DNA from: a virus
Virus record (IMG/VR): IMGVR_UViG_3300046336_000034
Location: 1-64,000 of that record
Strand: one strand, 5' to 3'
DNA length: 64,000 bases
A program made the position numbers and the translations under genes. The notes under the pieces were generated by a model. The model made no database searches and had not been told where the DNA came from. It worked only from the letters and a program-made list of their open reading frames with translations. Shown one piece after another: positions 49,586 to 58,231 of this stretch. Position 1 is the stretch's first letter. Every line of letters starts with the position of its first letter.

Positions 49586-50699
49586 CCGTTTCCTTTATTC
49601 TTATGTAGACATCTCGCATTTTATTTAATAAAACTGATTCAAGCTCCACAGGATAACATTCGGTGTAACCTGTTCTACGCATGTACTGTTTCATTTTTTC
49701 AACGGGAAGTTTATACTCTATGAAATCTGAGTGTATGTCCAGTTCAAGTTTTGTCGCAACTCTTCCATTAACAACAGGAAACGAGTAAAGCAGGTCTGAA
49801 GAACTTCCACCTAGTAAGCCATATTCTCTAATGCGGTTTTTTGGGTTTTTACCATAGCCGAGTTTTAAGAAAGTAAAATCAAATACCTTGATTTTAAATA
49901 GGTAGATATTACTTGCATTATTCAAATATGAATCGTTGCATTCGTGACAAATAAAATTATTACGAGTCACGCAAACTTTGTCTATATCCCTGATGTGCCC
50001 ACAGTCTACAAATCTATAACTTTTAAATCTCGATGGAAGCTCAAGGCTTGAGGCATCTCCTAGTAACTCTAATCCACGTTGCCTTACTAGCGCAAGATAT
50101 GCAACTTCTTCGCAGTCACTGCACTTAGGTACACCATGTTTAAGTCGGTGCTCTAACATATAGAAAGTATGCCCGCACTCTAAATGTCTGTACCTATTAT
50201 AACTGTTGGGGCGATTAAGATGCCTAGCTGCCTCTGGTGCTTTCTCTACTAACTCTATACCATATTTTGACGTTGCCAGTGTGAGCTTTGATTGCGTACA
50301 CTCATCACACACATAAGGAATGAGCGGAGGTTTTTGTAAATTACTGTAGAAAATATCTACCTCATGCCCACACTCTAGTACTTTGTACTTTCGTTTCAGA
50401 ACACACCCATCAGAGGAAGCCCCAAGACATAACAGACCTCTTAAAGACTCTGCTTCCTCTGCACGAGAGTCTGAGCACATCTTGCAAGTAAGTACTCCTT
50501 TACTATTACAAATATTACTGATTTGTCTAACCGTGGAATGACCACAGGTATTAAAAATATAGTTTCCGTACCACCTAGGTTTCTTTAAAAACATACTTAA
50601 TAAAGTAAGTCCACGTTTAGATGCGTATCCTTGATTTAATTTAAATCGTTGAACTTCCTTATTAGTGTTGTCATTGATTAAGTCTGTAAACATTCCCAT
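49578..50699 (-). CDS. free-standing endonuclease: CGH/CxxC zinc repeats plus C-terminal GIY-YIG (T5orf172-like) domain
   Basis: Four CGH...CxxC repeats; NIYLFKI..LKLGY..NP..RI...E..IH...GYTECY. Confidence 0.72.
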   Translation of the reverse strand: MGMFTDLINDNTNKEVQRFKLNQGYASKRGLTLLSMFLKKPRWYGNYIFNTCGHSTVRQISNICNSKGVLTCKMCSDSRAEEAESLRGLLCLGASSDGCVLKRKYKVLECGHEVDIFYSNLQKPPLIPYVCDECTQSKLTLATSKYGIELVEKAPEAARHLNRPNSYNRYRHLECGHTFYMLEHRLKHGVPKCSDCEEVAYLALVRQRGLELLGDASSLELPSRFKSYRFVDCGHIRDIDKVCVTRNNFICHECNDSYLNNASNIYLFKIKVFDFTFLKLGYGKNPKNRIREYGLLGGSSSDLLYSFPVVNGRVATKLELDIHSDFIEYKLPVEKMKQYMRRTGYTECYPVELESVLLNKMRDVYIRIKETDE

Positions 50700-50729
50700 A
50701 TTATCTCCTCAGATAATCCTCTAAAATAA

Positions 50730-50784
50730 AACAAACAGCGGGAGAATGAGGAGTTCTCTTTCGGGAATGACCCTAGCTGTTGTT
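50730..50784 (-). ncRNA. HEG-leader three-way-junction RNA, copy E
   Basis: AACAGC-UA-GGG[UCAUU]CCC-GAAA-GAGAA[CUCCUCA]UUCUC-CC-GCUGUU. Confidence 0.8.
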
Positions 50785-50795
50785 AAAACTATTAC

Positions 50796-51185
50796 TTACT
50801 CTTCGACCTTGTCAATTTCTTTACCACCAGAAATCATTGTCAACGAAAATACAGGTGCTTTAGTAGTAGGTTGAATTTCCTGACCTTCTTGTTCATCGTA
50901 CTCAGTTGAATAAACATCTTTAATCAACTCCCGATAAATCTGAAGTACCAGAGCTGCACTCTTCAACTTATTCTGGTCTGAAGAATCTTCGCTTTCTATA
51001 ATTTCCATCACAGTTTTAACACTTGATGAAAGATGAGGCTTCAACTTACGGATTAAGCTAATAAATTCTCTATTTCTGACCTCTCGGTTTGTTAGAGGCT
51101 CGGCTTTACGTCCGTCAATCCTGCCTGACATGTTAATATTAGGGTCGGTATCACCACCCAGTAACTCGCGTCTCTTAAAAACCAT
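50796..51185 (-). CDS. putative terminase small subunit
   Basis: Upstream of terL; DPNIN.SGR start; helical body. Confidence 0.5.
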   Translation of the reverse strand: MVFKRRELLGGDTDPNINMSGRIDGRKAEPLTNREVRNREFISLIRKLKPHLSSSVKTVMEIIESEDSSDQNKLKSAALVLQIYRELIKDVYSTEYDEQEGQEIQPTTKAPVFSLTMISGGKEIDKVEE

Positions 51186-51367
51186 ACTATACTATCCTTT
51201 TACACCTGAAAGTATACAATAATATACCACAAACAGCAAAAGCCTCCCTATAGGAAGCTAGTTAAAATTAATGACAATCTTTATTTAAACAGGCGTTGTC
51301 TTCCTGTTGACGCTTCGTACTTTTCAATACTCTCCGTGGTCAAAACGTGCCCTAAGGTAGTGGGACT

Positions 51368-51443
51368 TGGTGCTCCGTGGAGGATTTGAACCCACGACCT
51401 CACCCTTACAAGGGGCGCGCTCTTCCAACTGAGCTAACAGAGC
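51368..51443 (-). tRNA. tRNA-Thr(UGU)
   Basis: 76-nt cloverleaf; CGCCC-CT-TGT-AA-GGGTG; GTTCAAATC; encoded CCA. Confidence 0.93.
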
Positions 51444-51452
51444 TAATTCTTT

Positions 51453-52043
51453 TTAGACTTTACAATCGGTTGTACCATTCAGTACGCCGTAGATATGCGG
51501 TAACCAACCCTTGCGAACTTCACCGTTGGTGAACTTACCATCAACTACTTGCCCCTTGATGCCTACCTTAGCACCGCCAACATCTACAGCCATGCCAAGT
51601 GAACCATCGAGATTCATACCACCTTCAACAGGGTAATCAGTAAGAAATAAATTTAATTTAGATTGTTCTTTAACAATCTGACCATTCGCATCAAACACGA
51701 ACTTAAAACCGTTTCCCAGTAAAGTCATTTCACCTCCTTGATTTCGCACATCAGTAGGATAGTCTCCTGTAATCGTAATACCCTTAGATGCCGCCTCAAT
51801 CACTAGGGCTTTAACCCTATCTTCCATAGGTGAAGCATCTACAGAGCCTGTAATCTGGCAAGAGAACTTAGTCACTGCTGCAGGAGCAGTCTCAACAACT
51901 CCACTGGTGCAAGCTGTAGTAGCTAATATTAAGACAAGGGTAAAAATAATAAAGGAAACCTTCAACCAATGGTGATTCCAAAAATTCATATCTGGCTTAA
52001 TCCATTTATTAACCCCGTTAAGCGAGTAGTTTATTTTCAACAT
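51453..52043 (-). CDS. putative lipoprotein
   Basis: Hydrophobic stretch followed by TTAC lipobox-like site; start uncertain. Confidence 0.55.
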   Translation of the reverse strand: MLKINYSLNGVNKWIKPDMNFWNHHWLKVSFIIFTLVLILATTACTSGVVETAPAAVTKFSCQITGSVDASPMEDRVKALVIEAASKGITITGDYPTDVRNQGGEMTLLGNGFKFVFDANGQIVKEQSKLNLFLTDYPVEGGMNLDGSLGMAVDVGGAKVGIKGQVVDGKFTNGEVRKGWLPHIYGVLNGTTDCKV

Positions 52044-52593
52044 TCTTGTCCTTTTCTATTATAACTGGGTAAAATACGCCACTATACTCTAGCGCCTTAC
52101 TTTCATATACACTGCTTGCTTCCTGTGGTGTTGCAAAGCTTCCAAGATGGATTTTTTCACCTGTCAAGCTACGTATTTGAGCAACATATCTGCACGATTT
52201 TATATCCCAACTTACACCCTTAAGACCACTTGTATTGCTTCTAGGCTTACTTGTATTTCTTTTGTTTTCTCGGTGCGAGCAGACCCTGAGATTACTAATA
52301 CAATTATTAATAGGATTCCTATCAATATGGTCAATTAGGTTTTGTTCTCCGAAAGGAAATTTCCCATGAACATATAACCAAGCTAATCGGTGTTCCAAGT
52401 AGGCTTGACCATCAATCTTAATTACCCTATAGCCATTAGGTCTTAAATAACCTGCCCTGTTACCTACTACAATCTTGCTATAAATGGAACTTTTCTCAAT
52501 CCAAGTAAAGACTCCAGTATTGGAATCATATTTTAATAATTCTTTTAACCTGTCTAAAGTTAACTTTACTTCTTTTCTCTCGTTGGTTTTCAT
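52018..52593 (-). CDS. HNH-AP2 homing endonuclease
   Basis: HRLAWLY, DHIDRNPINNCISNLR, NTSGLKGV. Confidence 0.9.
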   Translation of the reverse strand: MKTNERKEVKLTLDRLKELLKYDSNTGVFTWIEKSSIYSKIVVGNRAGYLRPNGYRVIKIDGQAYLEHRLAWLYVHGKFPFGEQNLIDHIDRNPINNCISNLRVCSHRENKRNTSKPRSNTSGLKGVSWDIKSCRYVAQIRSLTGEKIHLGSFATPQEASSVYESKALEYSGVFYPVIIEKDKNVENKLLA

Positions 52594-52629
52594 TTTGTTT
52601 CCTTAGTTAATAGGATAGTTACTAATAAA

Positions 52630-52683
52630 ACAATCAGCAGGAAGGTAACTAATCTTCTTTTCGAGAATGACTCTAGCTGTTGT
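52630..52683 (-). ncRNA. HEG-leader three-way-junction RNA, copy F
   Basis: CAGC-UA-GAG[UCAUU]CUC-GAAA-A-GAAG[AUUAGUUAC]CUUC-CU-GCUG. Confidence 0.78.
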
Positions 52684-53404
52684 AAATAAAAGAACTCCCA
52701 AGCAGTTAAACGTATCTAACCGATGGGAGCCGTGTTGTAGTTAACCCCTCTATTTGAGCTTGATATAGAGGCTTGAGGGGTGTTATGAAAGAAAGATAAA
52801 GCAAGCCTTACCTCATCCTTTTCTACCGTGGGTAGATAGGAAAATTATTAGTGCTACCTTTACGTAGCTCGGTCAAACCTTCCAAAGCGGATTGGCTTCT
52901 GGTAAGACAGGTTACAACATCAACTGAGTGCGCTTCCAGCAGGTACTCCCACCGGTCTCAGTATCTTTGTTGTTCTTGAAGATAACCCTCACACATGGAA
53001 AGTCATTGTGTAAAGCGGAACTCATCTCCGTTGTTATCTAATTTAATTGGTGCTTACTCGCGCACAGTAAGATAAAAGGGCATACAAGACTTTATCATCG
53101 TTACTCGCAATATCCCCTGAAATTTTACGCATAATCATTTCACCAAACGGTTACTGACTCAGAGGTATAGGTGACGCTTTCACCCTACTCCCGAAAGCGA
53201 TTCGTTGAATCAGTATGCGTTTGGTAAATAAATTGGTGTCAGTAATGAACTCTGACTTGCACTCTATCGACTAAATGTTTCTTGTGGGTGCATCCGACAT
53301 AAATTACGAGTCATCACCTCGTCTCACCAAAACCAAGTACACCCTCTGAGCAGTATCCCGTTTCATTTAGGTCTTACTTTATCAGCACTCGATGTACTTG
53401 GTTT

Positions 53405-53480
53405 TGGCTCCTTTACCTCGACTTGAACGAGGGACATTTGCATTAACAGTGCAACGCTCTACCGACTGAGCTATAAAGGA
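53405..53480 (-). tRNA. tRNA-Asn(GUU)
   Basis: 76-nt cloverleaf; TTGCA-CT-GTT-AA-TGCAA; GTTCAAGTC; encoded CCA. Confidence 0.93.
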
Positions 53481-53540
53481 ATAATTGGTGCAAGGACTCG
53501 ACCCCTCGTTCTTATAAACTCACCAGAGATGCATAACCTT

Positions 53541-53634
53541 ACGGCACACATGGGAGAATCGAACTCCAAATTATCTTTATCTCACCTGAGAACCAAACCC
53601 AAAAACACTTCGGAAGTATTTCACTATGTACCGT
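53541..53634 (-). ncRNA. tRNA-like RNA or pseudo-tRNA
   Basis: Closing stem ACGGUACAUA/UGUGUGCCGU and T-arm GGAG-UUCGAUU-CUCC; atypical inner arms; no CCA. Confidence 0.45.
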
Positions 53635-53736
53635 AAATGCTTTTTAGTTTGGGCAATGTCTAATTCCATTGTGTCAACATCTGAGCATACTGCTCGTTCG
53701 GTGGACTAACCGACCTACTAATTTGATGTATGTCTA

Positions 53737-53764
53737 ATTATATCACGACTTTTTCAGTTGTCAA
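53737..53764 (-). promoter_or_regulatory. sigma70 promoter for the tRNA/ncRNA cluster
   Basis: TTGACA-16-TATAAT with extended TG. Confidence 0.75.
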
Positions 53765-53943
53765 CAGATATTTTGCTCTTCTTCGATTCTAACCTTAGTA
53801 CGCCCTGTGGGGTTTAATAAAGTCTCAAGCTCTTCGTCAATATCTTCTGGAGACTCTTCTTCCGCAAGACAATACCTGCACTTATATATTTTTGTTTCAC
53901 TGATATTAGTAAAGTTTACTTTACACTTGTAGCACTTAGCCAT
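53761..53943 (-). CDS. small zinc-finger protein
   Basis: CYKC...CRYC. Confidence 0.5.
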   Translation of the reverse strand: MAKCYKCKVNFTNISETKIYKCRYCLAEEESPEDIDEELETLLNPTGRTKVRIEEEQNIC

Positions 53944-54138
53944 TTTTTATTCTTATTATTAGTTCTTGTTTAGACTGGTTACTAATCCAGCGGCGGTTCA
54001 ATAAAAAGGAGATAAATATTGCCGTCAGATTATTTATCGTGTAGATAGAATCAAGACTTCAGTTAGTAACAGGGTTACTTGGGTTTATACCAAAATAGAT
54101 TATTACAATTCGTATCTTTAATTTTGCACGATTAGTCT

Positions 54139-54167
54139 ATTATATCATAATATTCTACAAATGTCAA
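54139..54167 (-). promoter_or_regulatory. consensus sigma70 promoter
   Basis: TTGACA-17-TATAAT with extended TG. Confidence 0.78.
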
Positions 54168-54178
54168 GTGAAATGCTT

Positions 54179-54703
54179 TTACACGTCTTTCCTTTGAAAA
54201 TCTTTGTGGTGCTTTGCTTCTGCTGCTTTACGAGCAACGATTGCATCTTCCAAACAACTGAAGTAACCAAGGTGCTCACGAGTACTAGTGGTGATGTAGG
54301 CTTTCCATTTTTGGGACTTCTTGCTCCAAGATATACCTTTAGTCCCTGAAGTATTGTTTTTAGGCTTAACTCTGTTTTGACTATTCTCTTTATATGTTGC
54401 CTCTCGTAAATTCACTAATCTGTTATCAGCTCTATTACCGTTTACATGGTCAATAGTTTTAACAGGAAACTTTCCATTTGAGATTAACCAGATTATTCGG
54501 TGGGTTAAATATTTCATTCCTTTATAGGTAATATAGCAGTACCCCGTTCTTTCGTCTAAATATCCAGCAGGAGAATCTTTTTTGATTCTTCTACCTACAT
54601 CTACTGTCCAGTAAAGTTCTCCTGAATTAGGGATATATTTTAAGACCATAGTAGCCTCTTCAAAGGACAACTGTTTTTCTTTCTTTTTGCTTATTTCTGT
54701 CAT
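54179..54703 (-). CDS. HNH-AP2 homing endonuclease
   Basis: HRIIW, DHVNGNRADNRLVNLR, NTSGTKGI. Confidence 0.9.
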   Translation of the reverse strand: MTEISKKKEKQLSFEEATMVLKYIPNSGELYWTVDVGRRIKKDSPAGYLDERTGYCYITYKGMKYLTHRIIWLISNGKFPVKTIDHVNGNRADNRLVNLREATYKENSQNRVKPKNNTSGTKGISWSKKSQKWKAYITTSTREHLGYFSCLEDAIVARKAAEAKHHKDFQRKDV

Positions 54704-54900
54704 TGCATATCGAAACCTATTTTAATAGTAGTTTTACCTGTATTCAACGAATCTTCTGCGATGATATGTTGACTACCTAGAGTTATTTCTTCATACGAGA
54801 AGCCCCTCCCTGTTCTAGGATTCTCCATCCAACCTGAAATCTTGATTTCAGTTTCATCCTTAAATTCCTTAAGTAATTCCCTCATTTTTCCCACTTGCAT
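54700..54900 (-). CDS. hypothetical protein
   Basis: AGGAG RBS; packing. Confidence 0.55.
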   Translation of the reverse strand: MQVGKMRELLKEFKDETEIKISGWMENPRTGRGFSYEEITLGSQHIIAEDSLNTGKTTIKIGFDMQ

Positions 54901-54910
54901 CTATTTCTCC

Positions 54911-55399
54911 TTAATCAAAACAACAAAACTTTGTTAAAACCTTCGCTGATTGTAATTGTAACACAATTAATCTACGTTGTGCCTCTATTATATCAAAAAC
55001 TATGTCCTTCTTCACTACCTTGTCCTTAAAATATATCACAAGGAAGTTATACTTGTCTGTAGGGTGAGGTTGTATCTTAAGTGCACCACTTAGATTCTTA
55101 GCAGCTTCATTAACCTTGTTAAAAACTGAAGAAGGTACAACCCTAAGATTTGATAACCTATTATCAGTCTTACTTAAATTTAAGTGAAGAATCTTCTGAT
55201 TTTTTCTAAGCTTCTTATTATTCCCTAAAGTCCAACATAGGCGGTCAGCTTTGAATTTAGTTTTCTTCTTTATGGTGCTGTCCCAGACAGTGATAAACCC
55301 CTCAGCGTCTGGAGCAATTCTACGCCCTGCTTCTTTGGACTGGATTTCACCTGTTAATGGGTTGTATGCTAACAGTTCGTTAATTCTTTGAAGTTCCAA
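54911..55399 (-). CDS. divergent HNH-like protein
   Basis: LAYNPLTG start; ILHLNLSKTDNRLSNLR (degenerate HNH). Confidence 0.6.
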   Translation of the reverse strand: MELQRINELLAYNPLTGEIQSKEAGRRIAPDAEGFITVWDSTIKKKTKFKADRLCWTLGNNKKLRKNQKILHLNLSKTDNRLSNLRVVPSSVFNKVNEAAKNLSGALKIQPHPTDKYNFLVIYFKDKVVKKDIVFDIIEAQRRLIVLQLQSAKVLTKFCCFD

Positions 55400-55597
55400 G
55401 TTGTAATATCCTTTTAAATGTCTATTAGAGTGCCTTACAAGCCTTAATAGGCACTTTTAAGACCGTTATAGCGAACATCCTAGGGTACACTAGCACAGAG
55501 TCAAGTAAATCGTTCCTAGCACTGCTAATAGGGTAATAATGCCCCCACCTAGGATGACTACTTGTGCTGGATTTATGTGTTTTAATGTGTTTATCAT

Positions 55598-55894
55598 CTA
55601 CATGACCTTTAATTTATGCATTCCCCAGTACCTGCGCACTGGAGAACCCACCATTGCACGAATCTTCTTAAAGGCTGTGCAGTCTTTTGTTAGTTTCTCT
55701 ATTGCCAAAGCAGTTCGTAAGAACTTAGAGTCCTTGTTAACATTAGTCAAAGCTTCTACATATAACTTTTTAAGTGCTCCCTCGGAAATAGTAAAATTCT
55801 CCTGTGAAAAATCACACAGTAGAAGGTTAACCTCAAAATCCTCTAAGCGGTCTTCATTTTTTACACGTAAATACTGTTCTAGTGAAATTTGCAC
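55598..55894 (-). CDS. hypothetical protein
   Basis: GTG start at 55894 behind AAGGAG. Confidence 0.5.
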   Translation of the reverse strand: MQISLEQYLRVKNEDRLEDFEVNLLLCDFSQENFTISEGALKKLYVEALTNVNKDSKFLRTALAIEKLTKDCTAFKKIRAMVGSPVRRYWGMHKLKVM

Positions 55895-56032
55895 TGTTAA
55901 CTCCTTTTGCACTCTGTCAAATAGTATAACATTAAAAAAGAATAAATACAAGCTTTTGTAGGTAATAAACAACATTTATTTATCAAAAACTTGTCCTAAG
56001 TCAATAATCTCTAAAATAAGTTAGTTTTGTAT

Positions 56033-56061
56033 TTGACAAAAAAGTGTTTTTATGATACAAT
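56033..56061 (+). promoter_or_regulatory. sigma70 promoter
   Basis: TTGACA-17-TACAAT with extended TG. Confidence 0.7.
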
Positions 56062-56159
56062 TAAAGGTATTAAAAATCTCACAAAAACAAACAAACTTAC
56101 AGGTTACAAATTATAATATAGTATTATATAGAAATAAAAATAATAAAGGTAGTAAAGCT

Positions 56160-56421
56160 TCGATGTAGACATCGAGAATGTTGCAACTGTGGTATAGACA
56201 CCACAGAAGTAAACTTCTAAGAGTTTTGCACAATAAAGAGAAACCATTTAAGTTTAAAGGGTATTACTTGACTTTTATGTAAAAACATGATAAGATAGGG
56301 TTTTTTAAATTCATGTGTAAACTACACATAAGTGTACCAGTCTTTAGCTTTGTATTAATATATTTATAATTAATTTATTTTAAGCTTTTAAGGGTATTAT
56401 CCTCTGTGATGTAAACATCAC
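56160..56421. repeat. four short inverted repeats with a TARAC core in an AT-rich divergent intergenic region
   Basis: 56160-56175, 56187-56206, 56313-56329, 56406-56421. Confidence 0.6.
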
Positions 56422-56518
56422 GATTATTATACTTATACTTCACGCTTGACTCACACCCCTTCGGAGCAGTCCCTAGGGGTTTTATTTCGTCCTTATTTGT
56501 AACAAGATGTAAAATCTC

Positions 56519-56546
56519 TTGCAATTTTGATTTATTGTGCTAGAAT
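56519..56546 (+). promoter_or_regulatory. early-type promoter
   Basis: TTGCAA-16-TAGAAT with extended TG; conserved leader follows. Confidence 0.6.
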
Positions 56547-56573
56547 CCAAATATCTAAACAAAAAGGAGAAAT

Positions 56574-56936
56574 ATGGGATTCTTTAACTTCAAATGTAAA
56601 CCTACTGAAGAACTTAAACCACTTCCTAAGATGAGTAATACAAAGCTCTCTGAACTTATTAAAGCTATTACCGAAGGTAAAGTAATTCAAATGTGTTGGT
56701 CTGGGTGTATGAATTGGTTAGATATGTCTCCTCGTTCGCTTGAGCAATTCCTAGATGTGTTCCTTGAAGAACGATGGGGCTTTCCTGTTTGGTTTAAGGT
56801 TAAACCTGAAGAAGTGCTAAATAACCTAGAAAGTACTCAGAATGATATTGCTTCTATTTTTATTACCCTACATAGACTTCAGAAACAGGTAGACAGCCTA
56901 GCTGACATAATTCTTAAAAAGGAGAGCCACTTATGA
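56574..56936 (+). CDS. hypothetical protein
   Basis: AGGAG RBS. Confidence 0.65.
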   Translation: MGFFNFKCKPTEELKPLPKMSNTKLSELIKAITEGKVIQMCWSGCMNWLDMSPRSLEQFLDVFLEERWGFPVWFKVKPEEVLNNLESTQNDIASIFITLHRLQKQVDSLADIILKKESHL

Positions 56937-57289
56937 ATGATAAACAACGCTTAGATGCTTATGTGCTTGCTGCTATGACTGGTATGGTTGGAAATGTATC
57001 TTTACTCTCCGCTTCTACAACTGAGTACGGGTATAAGCAAATATACAAGTTCGCAAAAGGCATGTTGGATTATGTGGATGAACAGTCCCCGCAAGTGCAA
57101 CCTGAAGAAGACGCTGAAGGTTGGATTTTAAACACAGGCACTAAGCCTGAGAATATAAGTTCAGATATTGAGATTATATTTAGAGATGGACAAAAGTACA
57201 TTAATGCTAATTCAAGTTGGGTACGTTGGAGTCTTGACCCTATGGGACAACATATCGGTGATGTTATTAAATGGAGGAAAGCACAATGA
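56933..57289 (+). CDS. hypothetical protein
   Basis: AGGAG RBS; ATGA overlap. Confidence 0.65.
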   Translation: MNDKQRLDAYVLAAMTGMVGNVSLLSASTTEYGYKQIYKFAKGMLDYVDEQSPQVQPEEDAEGWILNTGTKPENISSDIEIIFRDGQKYINANSSWVRWSLDPMGQHIGDVIKWRKAQ

Positions 57290-57570
57290 GTGTTATTTAT
57301 AAGTACCCTTTACCAGTTCAGGAAAAGCACATAATTGAGCTTCCTGTAGGTGCAAGAATTATCCGTGTTGAAGACGTGGACGGTTTATTTTTCCTTTGGG
57401 CTGTGGTTGACCCTGAAACTCGCCTCACTGAACAAAGACACCTTGAGTTCTACAAGACAGGACAACCTATTGAGAATTCAGGGGATTTAGTGTACCTAGG
57501 GTTATGCAAATTATTCATAATGCAGGAACTTGGTCTTTATGTCTTTGAGAGGGTTTATTATGAAGTTTAA
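57286..57570 (+). CDS. hypothetical phage protein
   Basis: MSVIYKYPLP; GGAGG RBS. Confidence 0.65.
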   Translation: MSVIYKYPLPVQEKHIIELPVGARIIRVEDVDGLFFLWAVVDPETRLTEQRHLEFYKTGQPIENSGDLVYLGLCKLFIMQELGLYVFERVYYEV

Positions 57571-58192
57571 TGAATTACCTGTAAGCTTAGGGCAAGTCTT
57601 CTTAGAGTGCAAGGAGATGATGTTTTATCAGTACCTACCTATTAAACTCCAAGGTCAGACCACTATCCACGTAGAAGATAGGGTTAAGGATAATTTTGGC
57701 AGTCTTATTAGTAAAGTACTGTGTGACTATGTAGGCGTATACGGTCTTGATTCGTTTGTGGACTCTTACGTGTATGTAACGGTTAAGCACCTATGGCAAA
57801 CTAGAGGAACGTCCTTTAATCGTCAAGGGTGGCATACTGATGGGTTTGGAACACAAGATATTAATTACATCTGGAGTAACCGTAATCCAACTGTGTTCAA
57901 TATCTCGGATTTTAACCTATCAACTGATGATACTGTTTCTATACTTCAAATGGAGGAACAAGCTGCTGGGATTAATGATTATATCTTTGCCAACAATACC
58001 CTTTTTAGACTTACACCTTTTAATGTACATAGAGTAAATCCTATTCAGCAAGAAGGTATGAGAACTTTCTGTAAGGTTTCCTTTTCTAAGGACAAGTACA
58101 ATCTCAAAGGTAACTCTCATAATCACTTATTAGGCTATAACTGGGAAATGCGAGATAGAGATAATGCAAGAAATATTCCACAAGGCACTTAA
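57560..58192 (+). CDS. 2OG-Fe(II) oxygenase-like protein
   Basis: GWHTDG (HxD), distal VHR, RTF...SFS. Confidence 0.55.
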   Translation: MKFNELPVSLGQVFLECKEMMFYQYLPIKLQGQTTIHVEDRVKDNFGSLISKVLCDYVGVYGLDSFVDSYVYVTVKHLWQTRGTSFNRQGWHTDGFGTQDINYIWSNRNPTVFNISDFNLSTDDTVSILQMEEQAAGINDYIFANNTLFRLTPFNVHRVNPIQQEGMRTFCKVSFSKDKYNLKGNSHNHLLGYNWEMRDRDNARNIPQGT

Positions 58193-58231
58193 TTGTGTTA
58201 AACTCTAATTTTATTAGTTAAAGGAGAAACA

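Noticed and set aside
51290-51367. Possible HDV-like (theta) ribozyme 3' of tRNA-Thr
   Set aside because: Hairpins are present but the nested double pseudoknot could not be built by eye
13969-52683. HEG-leader RNAs as hammerhead ribozymes or as OMEGA/HEARO-type guide RNAs
   Set aside because: No CUGANGA core. The proteins are not IscB/TnpB-like (no RuvC motifs seen), and the loop matches found are to each gene's own leader
52690-53736. CRISPR array or tmRNA
   Set aside because: No equal-length direct repeats with spacers; no tmRNA-type ends or tag ORF recognised
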